From positions 1-5,037 of the forward strand of contig JAWBON010000079.1 of NCBI GenBank assembly GCA_038826135.1: 5,037 bases of DNA. The letters are read 5' to 3'. Position 1 is the stretch's first letter. Every line of letters starts with the position of its first letter. Of this stretch, positions 1 through 5,037 are shown one piece after another. Under the pieces are notes generated by a model. The model made no database searches. It saw only the letters and a program-made list of their open reading frames with translations, and was not told where the DNA came from. Position numbers and translations under genes: made by a program. This DNA comes from Candidatus Odinarchaeota archaeon. GTDB lineage: Archaea > Asgardarchaeota > Odinarchaeia > Odinarchaeales > Odinarchaeaceae.

Positions 1-10
1 ATATTTTCAA
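1..10 (-). CDS. Possible 5' end of a gene running off the left edge (TTG AAA ATA..., M-K-I...)
   Basis: The minus strand reads GGTGAGGTGA-TT-TTG-AAA-ATA, a strong archaeal-type Shine-Dalgarno (13-22) just before a TTG at 10..8. TTG is also used as the start of the permease. Only 3 codons are visible. Confidence 0.3.
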
Positions 11-163
11 AATCACCTCACCGACAGCAACAGGAAACAACCTACGATTATCAAAGCAAAAAGAAATCTGAAAATAATTAAACACACATTCATATCTATA
101 ACTTCAAATAATTTAGTTTAAAACCATCACCCACACAACCCCATTCATCTAACAAATACACCG

Positions 164-180
164 TTAAAAACAGTTTTTAA
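164..180. repeat. Perfect 8-bp inverted repeat with 1-nt spacer (TTAAAAAC-A-GTTTTTAA)
   Basis: Read directly from the sequence. It lies in the apparently non-coding region upstream of the MNT gene. The repeat is certain but its function is unknown. Confidence 0.55.
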
Positions 181-330
181 TCAACAAAATAACTAACAAA
201 TATACGGCACACGTAATAATCGAATATAAGAGCGAACACACTTAATGTAAAAAGAATAGATGAATACAACTATCACCTTCTATAATTTTCAACCAGCCCT
301 AGAGTAAGAGCTAATAAGGAACATAAAGTT

Positions 331-382
331 GAAAGTAAATATATTTGAATTTTAGTAACCTATATCAGCATATTATTGAGGT
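331..382 (+). promoter_or_regulatory. Putative BRE/TATA promoter and Shine-Dalgarno of the MNT-HEPN pair
   Basis: Purine-rich GAAAG (331-335) is followed by TAAATATA (336-343). GAGGT at 378-382 lies 6 nt before the ATG at 389. Confidence 0.4.
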
Positions 383-388
383 CACAAC

Positions 389-710
389 ATGGTTGAATCA
401 ATCGATCTTATAAAAAAGAAAATTTATGAGATTTTCAATATTAAAAAATAAAAATTGATAAAATCATACTTTTCGGTTCAAGAGCCAGAGGGAGGCGACG
501 AAATATAGTGACTGGGATATTTTGATAATAGTTGATGATAATATGACATTTAATGAGAAAAGAGAGTTAAAAAGACTTATCAGAAAAACACTCGCAGAAC
601 TCTTAATACCAGTAGATATTATAGTAAAAAATAAAGAAGAAATAGATTATTATAAAGAATTCATAGGCTCAGTTGTAAGAGAAGCTCTTAAAGAAGGGGC
701 TGTTATATGA
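389..710 (+). pseudogene. Minimal nucleotidyltransferase (MNT, Pol-beta superfamily) antitoxin-type gene with two -1 frameshifts
   Basis: Three frames join into one protein: MVESIDLIKKKIYEIFNIKK (389-448, then TAA 449-451), IKIDKIILFGSRARG (448-492) and EATKYSDWDILIIVDD...PVDIIV...KEGAVI* (492-710). Adding one A to the A6 run (443-448) and one G to the G3 run (490-492) gives 107 aa. That protein has the MNT hallmarks LFGSRARG, DxD (SDWDIL) and a later VDII strand. The ORF-track entry 522..710 is only the C-terminal fragment. Confidence 0.85.
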
Positions 711-1105
711 GCGAAAAAATTAACCTCTTGGTTAAAAAAGCCATAGAAGATTTTAAAACAGCCAAGATGAAATGAATTTACCTGAAAATGAAGCCGTAAC
801 AAGTTCAATCTGTTTCCATTGCCAACAATTTGTAGAGAAAATGTTGAAAGCGTTTCTAACGTTAAAAAAAGTAGATTTTGGAAAAACCCATAACATAGAG
901 TACCTATTAAAATTATGCACACAAAAAGACGGTGATTTTGAAAAAATAACACTCCCAGATTTAACAATAATATGCTGTTGAATTAAGATATCCCGACGAG
1001 TTTTACACCCAATCTTTTAAAGAGGCGAAGGAATGTTTCGAAGCGGTTTCAAAATTCAAAGAATTCATTCTTAAAAAATTAAAAATCAGAGAAACTAATT
1101 TATAA
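707..1105 (+). pseudogene. HEPN-domain protein (MNT partner) with a -1 and a +1 frameshift
   Basis: The ATG at 707 overlaps the MNT stop (ATGA). Pieces are MSEKINLLVKKAIEDFKTAK (707-766, frame stops at TGA 773-775), DEMNLPENEAVTSSICFHCQQFVEKMLKAFL...KTHNIEYLL...DLTI (766-969) and YAVELRYPDEFYTQSFKEAKECFEAVSKFKEFILKKLKIRETNL* (971-1105). CFHxQQxxEKxLKA, THxI/L and RYP are typical of the MNT-associated HEPN family (PF05168-like). The repaired length is about 132 aa. Confidence 0.85.
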
Positions 1106-1107
1106 AT
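1094..1107 (+). promoter_or_regulatory. BRE + TATA box upstream of the citG-family gene
   Basis: ACTAAT (1094-1099) matches the BRE consensus RNWAAW and is directly followed by TTATAAAT (1100-1107). Typical archaeal spacing puts the transcription start near 1126-1130, at the ATG at 1128. No Shine-Dalgarno precedes ATG 1122 or 1128, which fits a leaderless mRNA. Confidence 0.55.
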
Positions 1108-1121
1108 GGTAAAAAGTAGTT

Positions 1122-2097
1122 ATGAATATGCGATATACAGATATAGCCTGTAAAGCGTTAATATCTACACTTCTTGAGGTGAGCGGCTGGCCGAAACCTT
1201 GATTACAATCAAGGCGGTAAACCCGGAAACATACACCGGCAAGCCGACTACCCTAACACAAGATACGAGCATTTTATAATAGGTTCCATACCTGTCTATT
1301 ATTATTTTCTTAAAACAGCTAAAAAAACAGAGCTTCTAAGCCGTAGAGGAGAAGATTACAGTAAGCTGCAATTAGGTAAACTAATTTATCAGTCAGCGAA
1401 AGAATCCTACACCTGGCAGAGTGGTGGAAACATAAATCTCGGAACCTTAACTCTTTTAATCCCTTTAATAGCCGCGTACACCATAGCTGAAATCAGAAAC
1501 ATTAAAGATCAAGATAAACTCAGAGAAGAATCACATAGAATTGTAAAATCAACAACAGTTGAGGATGCGATCTATTTTTATAAAACTGTTAACCTTGTTA
1601 AACCCGGAGGCTTAGGAGGGAGCAGCGAATACGATATCACCGATCCCTTATTCCCAGCGAAAATCCGTCGAGACTGTAAAACACTATACGAACTGTTTAA
1701 AATAAGCGCTAAATGGGATAGCATATCAAAAGAATGGTTAACAGCCTATCAAATAACATATACAATAGGAGAGCCCGCATTCACCTCAACACTACAAGAA
1801 ACAAAAGACATAAACACCGCCACAGTCCACACCTTCCTAAAAATACTCAGCACAACACCAGACAGTTTAATTAAACGAAAAACAGACGAGCAAACAGCGG
1901 AGAAAATCACAGCTAAAGCCCGACAAGCCCTAAAACTGGGGGGATTAACCACACCCGAAGGAAGAGAATACATAAAAACATTTGATGAAGAGCTTCAAAA
2001 AAGCAAAGGCCTGTTAAACCCGGGCAGTACAGCTGATCTAACAGCAGCCTCAATAATGACTGCGTTAAATAAAAAAGATAAACTACCAATATATTAA
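1122..2097 (+). CDS. citG: Archaeal-type CitG family protein (triphosphoribosyl-dephospho-CoA synthase family), two exons: join(1122..1195,1221..2097); alternative start at 1128
   Basis: Exon 1 encodes MNMRYTDIACKALISTLLEVSGWP(K). I translated the frame from 1222 to TAA 2095-2097 by hand and found no stop. It reads PGNIHRQADYPNTRYEHF...GGNINLGTLTLLIP...VKPGGLG...TTPDSLIKRK...LNPGSTADLTAA. LEVxxxPKPGNxHR, NxNLG, PDSLIxRK and NPGS/TTADL are CitG-family motifs. The spliced CDS is 951 nt (316 aa). The ORF track misses it because the long frame has no in-frame start until near its end. Confidence 0.85.
1196..1220 (+). other. Candidate 25-nt bulge-helix-bulge (BHB) intron in the citG-family mRNA
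   Basis: The central helix is GCCG(1190-1193)/CGGU(1215-1218), with 3-nt bulges AAA(1194-1196) and AAA(1219-1221). The intron stem is CCUUGAU(1197-1203)/AUCAAGG(1208-1214) with a UACA loop. Cleavage after the 2nd nucleotide of each bulge joins CCG AA|A CCC GGA, restoring both the frame and the motif. The insertion carries an in-frame TGA (1200-1202). Confidence 0.8.
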
Positions 2098-2115
2098 ATT
2101 TGATAATTAAAAATT

Positions 2116-2126
2116 AAAAGAAAAAA
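2116..2126 (-). terminator. Oligo-T tract downstream of the SDR gene
   Basis: The minus strand reads TTTTTTCTTTT starting 12 nt after the SDR stop, in the short gap between convergent genes. Archaeal terminators are U-tracts. Confidence 0.45.
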
Positions 2127-2137
2127 GATTAAAGATG

Positions 2138-2147
2138 TTTATTTTTT
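2138..2147 (+). terminator. Oligo-T tract downstream of the citG-family gene
   Basis: TTTATTTTTT lies about 40 nt after the citG stop and overlaps the SDR stop codon on the opposite strand. Confidence 0.35.
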
Positions 2148-2945
2148 AGATTTTCTAAAAGGATTTTCACCTTTAGGAGGAAGATGGTCTTTAACAACCC
2201 CGCCCCGAGCTGTCTCCCCGTTATCAAGTATTAAACAGGTACCCACTGCGTGACTTGATTCATCGCTAGCAAGGAATAAAGCACCATAAGCCATTTCAAG
2301 AGGTGATGCGAGCTTACCCATATCCTCCCATTCTTTCTCAGGATCCGCTGATGCAGCTGTAGCCTTCCTAAGAAGCGGCGTGTCTACATAACCAGGGCAT
2401 AATGCGTTTATTCTTATATTATATTTAGCATAATCTATTGCCATGGCTTTAGTCAACATAACAACACCGCCTTTAGAAGCATGGTAAGCTTCCCATCCTG
2501 GTTGAGCTACAAATCCCCAGTTAGAAGCAGTGTTAACTATTACACCTCCACCCTGTTTTTTCATAACAGGTATAACTGCTTTAGAGCAATAGAAAACACT
2601 AGATAAGTTAATAGCTAAAACCTTATTCCATAATTCGATGCTAGTCGACTCAGCGTCACCTAATGGACCTATTCCCGCATTATTGTGAAGTATATCAACA
2701 CGACCGTATTTATTAACAGCAAAATCTATAAGATTTTTACAATCCTCCCACTTAGAGACGTCGGTTTTACAGAAGACCGCTTCACCGCCTCCTTTTTTAA
2801 TTTCATCGATTGTTTTCATAGCATCAGTCTCATTAATATCGCCTATAACTATTTTAGCACCTTCTTTTGCAAACAGCTTTGCGGTTGCAGCGCCTATGCC
2901 AGTAGCTGCACCCGTTATCACAGCTATTTTTCCTTTCAACCTCAT
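2139..2945 (-). CDS. Classical short-chain dehydrogenase/reductase (SDR), 268 aa, substrate unknown
   Basis: Contains the TGAATGIG Rossmann motif, NNAG, the catalytic Ser region (NTAS), YxxxK (YHASK) and NALCPG. GGAGGTG lies 6 nt upstream of the ATG. Confidence 0.95.
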   Translation of the reverse strand: MRLKGKIAVITGAATGIGAATAKLFAKEGAKIVIGDINETDAMKTIDEIKKGGGEAVFCKTDVSKWEDCKNLIDFAVNKYGRVDILHNNAGIGPLGDAESTSIELWNKVLAINLSSVFYCSKAVIPVMKKQGGGVIVNTASNWGFVAQPGWEAYHASKGGVVMLTKAMAIDYAKYNIRINALCPGYVDTPLLRKATAASADPEKEWEDMGKLASPLEMAYGALFLASDESSHAVGTCLILDNGETARGGVVKDHLPPKGENPFRKSKK

Positions 2946-2951
2946 TAATTA

Positions 2952-2958
2952 CACCTCC
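2952..2958 (-). promoter_or_regulatory. Shine-Dalgarno of the SDR gene
   Basis: The minus strand reads GGAGGTG-TAATTA-ATG. Confidence 0.8.
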
Positions 2959-2970
2959 CAAGTTTATTAG

Positions 2971-2984
2971 AAAAAATAAAAAAA
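2971..2984 (-). terminator. Oligo-T tract between the permease and the SDR
   Basis: The minus strand reads TTTTTTTATTTTTT starting 13 nt after the permease stop and ending before the SDR Shine-Dalgarno. Confidence 0.45.
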
Positions 2985-2997
2985 TATAAGAAAATTT

Positions 2998-4593
2998 TCA
3001 GTCGGGTGGTATATCCTTGAATCTTAAATCTATTGGAATACCTTGACGTCTTCGATACCATGTTGCCACATAGTATAGTACAACTGGGGTAATGCACAGG
3101 AACATCACTGTTGAAATTAGATATATCGCTTCCTGATAACCTCCAGCTACCACAGGTAGAATACTAGCGTAAACTATGTATGCGCTTAGTCCAGCTGTCA
3201 AAGCGCCTAAAACTGTTACTAGAGGAATTGACCCCAATTTTATTTGAACTATTGAAGGTGATTTCTGGAATATTGCACGCTGCCTATATGGGAACAGTAT
3301 ACCTGCAATACCGACTATAAACCAACCTATGAACCATGTTGTGATTGCGTAGTTTATGTAGTATAGCACAGAGGTGAACGTGTTTAATAGGAAGAATGTA
3401 TAAGCCATTGCAGCGCCCAGTAAAACAGCAGCGTAGGGTGAGCCTTTCCTATTAACCTTGTTTATTGCGTTAGGTAAGATACCGTCGAAAGACCATGCGA
3501 ACAGGTTTCTCACAGGACCGAATGGTAATCCAATAGCACCACTATGAGCACTAGCCATGAAGCCCATTGGAACTAGAGTCAGTAAAACTGGATTATCCGT
3601 CATATATAATACTATATGCGCTGGACTTGGGTGAACTCCGAAAGGCTGAATACCAGCCCAATCTAAAGTAGAGATTGCACCCCAGAACTCTCCACCAGTT
3701 CCAACCCATGAACTGCCGTACATAACCTCCCAGAACACCATAAGCATACAGAGAGATCCTATCACAGCCAAGGGTTGAGCTCTAGTTACGTTCTTTATTT
3801 CACCAGCCATATTAGTTGTATATGTATTGCCAAGGGTGTTTAGATTAACATACGTTGCACCGCAAGCTATAGTGGCTAAAAGACTGTAACCAGGAGTCCA
3901 GCCTAAACTCTGAGCCGGAATTAGTATGTCATTGGTATAATTTATACCTGATACTGCTAAAAGTCTCGACTGGAAAACTGCAGGACCTGCATTAAAACAT
4001 GCTACCGCGTATGCTATAAGCCCTATTACAGCTATAAAGAATTCAGCCCAACAGACATATATAAACGTCCTTACCCCTCTGTAAATTGCGTAGAAAGACA
4101 ATGCAAGAATAATTGAACCGACCCCGAATATCAGTAAAACTTCATTGTTTAACGCCAGACCGATATTTATAAGTGTTGTATTGCCACTTGCAATACCGTT
4201 GTTTAAAAATATGTAACCTGCACCCCAATTAATAGTCCAATTTGTAAGGACGCCGCCCCACGAAATACCTATAATAGTCAAAGTCCAGCAAGCGAATAGA
4301 CCCCATAATGGACTGATTATCCGACTGACATAAATATATTCACCGCCACTCCTCGGCATGCTGATCGATAGCAGAACATATAACCCCGCTATCGGAAACA
4401 TCATGAAAACCAACGAAACAGCTAGCGGCATATCTGCACCAGGATATAATGCTGGCCCCCAGATAATATAGTTCATACAGTGTAAAACACCAGGGTTCAC
4501 TGTTGCATAAATCAAGGCGTCCCAACCACTTACAGCTCTGGTTAAACCAGAGGCTTTTCTAACGAAGACTGTTCCTTCAGCCGTGGTTGCCAA
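2998..4593 (-). CDS. APC-superfamily amino acid/polyamine permease, 531 aa
   Basis: The N-terminal FVRKASGLTRAVS segment, the PRSGGEYIY loop, NTYxxxMAGE and the RNLFAWSFDGILP...KVNRKGSP motif are typical of APC transporters. The protein has many long hydrophobic segments. The TTG start has GGAGGAG 5 nt upstream. Confidence 0.92.
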   Translation of the reverse strand: MATTAEGTVFVRKASGLTRAVSGWDALIYATVNPGVLHCMNYIIWGPALYPGADMPLAVSLVFMMFPIAGLYVLLSISMPRSGGEYIYVSRIISPLWGLFACWTLTIIGISWGGVLTNWTINWGAGYIFLNNGIASGNTTLINIGLALNNEVLLIFGVGSIILALSFYAIYRGVRTFIYVCWAEFFIAVIGLIAYAVACFNAGPAVFQSRLLAVSGINYTNDILIPAQSLGWTPGYSLLATIACGATYVNLNTLGNTYTTNMAGEIKNVTRAQPLAVIGSLCMLMVFWEVMYGSSWVGTGGEFWGAISTLDWAGIQPFGVHPSPAHIVLYMTDNPVLLTLVPMGFMASAHSGAIGLPFGPVRNLFAWSFDGILPNAINKVNRKGSPYAAVLLGAAMAYTFFLLNTFTSVLYYINYAITTWFIGWFIVGIAGILFPYRQRAIFQKSPSIVQIKLGSIPLVTVLGALTAGLSAYIVYASILPVVAGGYQEAIYLISTVMFLCITPVVLYYVATWYRRRQGIPIDLRFKDIPPD

Positions 4594-4598
4594 AAAGT

Positions 4599-4633
4599 CT
4601 CCTCCAAAAATTTAATTTGTTCCATATTATAAA
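4599..4633 (-). promoter_or_regulatory. TATA box and Shine-Dalgarno of the permease
   Basis: TTTATAAT (4633..4626, minus strand) is spaced to give a transcription start just upstream of the GGAGGAG Shine-Dalgarno (4605..4599). Confidence 0.55.
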
Positions 4634-4672
4634 TGGTCATATTTAAGCATAATAGTATAACTAGAGATAGTT

Positions 4673-4699
4673 AATATACTAAATTAAACTAAGTATATT
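4673..4699. repeat. Perfect 8-bp inverted repeat with 11-nt spacer (AATATACT-N11-AGTATATT), candidate operator
   Basis: Read directly from the sequence. It sits near the middle of the divergent permease/HDAC intergenic region. The operator role is inferred. Confidence 0.5.
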
Positions 4700-4753
4700 C
4701 ATCTATAGCAACTAACCATATTAAATGTGCTAAAAATAAATTTCAAATATAGA

Positions 4754-4768
4754 AAAGAAATTTATAGA
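4754..4768 (+). promoter_or_regulatory. Putative BRE/TATA promoter of the HDAC-family gene
   Basis: Purine-rich AAAGAAA is followed by TTTATAGA (4761-4768), about 30-37 nt upstream of the ATG at 4799. Confidence 0.45.
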
Positions 4769-4798
4769 AAAAATATCAAATCAATTACAGTGATATTT

Positions 4799-5037
4799 AT
4801 GAAAATAGTTTATGACACACGTTTCGAATTAGAGTACTCTGATGAGCCAGCTGCTGAGAGCGGGAGGATACAGGCTATTTATAGTGAGCTTAAAGACCTC
4901 TACAAGATTGTTAAACCGGAGCCAGCCTCCGAAGATGATCTTAGCCTTGTTCATACTAAAGCACATATAGAGAGTATTAAAGGAAGCGGCTTATATGAGA
5001 TAGCCAGGCTGGCTGCAGGGGGAGCTGTTAAAGCTTC
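4799..5037 (+). CDS. Histone deacetylase / acetylpolyamine amidohydrolase (HDAC/AcuC) superfamily protein, 5' part only
   Basis: Hand translation gives MKIVYDTRFELEYSDEPAAESGRIQAIYSELKDLYKIVKPEPASEDDLSLVHTKAHIESIKGSGLYEIARLAAGGAVKA, open to the window edge. PxxAxxxDLxxVHTxxHI and AxLAAGG are N-terminal HDAC-family motifs. The catalytic His/Asp motifs lie beyond the window. Confidence 0.8.
   Translation, partial: MKIVYDTRFELEYSDEPAAESGRIQAIYSELKDLYKIVKPEPASEDDLSLVHTKAHIESIKGSGLYEIARLAAGGAVKA

Noticed and set aside
13-269. Two short hydrophobic minus-strand ORFs (93..13, 26 aa; 269..177, 30 aa with an AGGTGA box before a TTG)
   Set aside because: The minus strand here is T-rich, which by itself produces F/L/I/V-rich peptides. 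They are too short to support without conservation or ribosome profiling.
440-495. Programmed -1 frameshifting in the MNT gene
   Set aside because: It would need two successive shifts in MNT plus two more in HEPN. There is no clear canonical slippery heptamer with a downstream structure at these sites.
650-967. ORF-track 105-aa minus-strand ORF
   Set aside because: It is antisense to the motif-bearing MNT/HEPN sequence and has no recognisable motif. It is a shadow ORF.
522-981. ORF-track entries 522..710 and 772..981 as complete genes
   Set aside because: They are internal fragments of the frameshifted MNT and HEPN genes. The missing motifs are present in adjacent frames.
958-984. Hairpin around the +1 frameshift in HEPN as a second intron
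   Set aside because: It has no paired 3-nt bulges, and removing the loop would delete the conserved YAV residues. A single extra base explains the break.
1749-1973. ORF-track 74-aa minus-strand ORF
   Set aside because: It is antisense to citG exon 2, whose + frame carries the conserved family motifs.
1218-2025. Recurring TAAACCCGG (1218, 1599, 2016)
   Set aside because: These copies encode K/N-P-G in the same frame and are explained by protein sequence and codon preference. The two later copies have no BHB context or frame break.
2685-2948. ORF-track 87-aa plus-strand ORF
   Set aside because: It is antisense to the SDR Rossmann-fold region and has no independent support.
4340-4525. ORF-track 61-aa minus-strand ORF
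   Set aside because: It is an alternative frame nested inside the intact permease, with no motif or obvious ribosome-binding site.
1-5037. CRISPR array, tRNA/rRNA gene or transposase
   Set aside because: I saw no regularly spaced repeats, cloverleaf or transposase-like frame. Nearly all sequence outside short intergenic regions is accounted for by the listed genes.

Overview
AT-rich window that looks archaeal (GGAGGTG/GAGGTGA ribosome-binding sites, BRE/TATA-type promoters, oligo-T terminators). On the + strand, a frameshifted MNT (389-710) / HEPN (707-1105) toxin-antitoxin-type pair is followed by an archaeal CitG-family gene (1122-2097) that the ORF track misses. That gene is split by a 25-nt insertion (1196-1220) which folds into a bulge-helix-bulge (BHB) structure: a 4-bp central helix, two AAA bulges and a 7-bp intron hairpin. 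Cutting after the 2nd nucleotide of each bulge, as the archaeal tRNA splicing endonuclease does, restores the conserved LEVSGWPKPGNIHR motif and a continuous 316-aa frame. This candidate intron in a protein-coding gene other than cbf5 is the main finding. On the - strand are an APC-family amino acid/amine permease (2998-4593) and a classical SDR (2139-2945). A divergently oriented histone-deacetylase-family gene starts at 4799 and runs off the right edge. All translations and pairings were done by hand, and no database searches were run.
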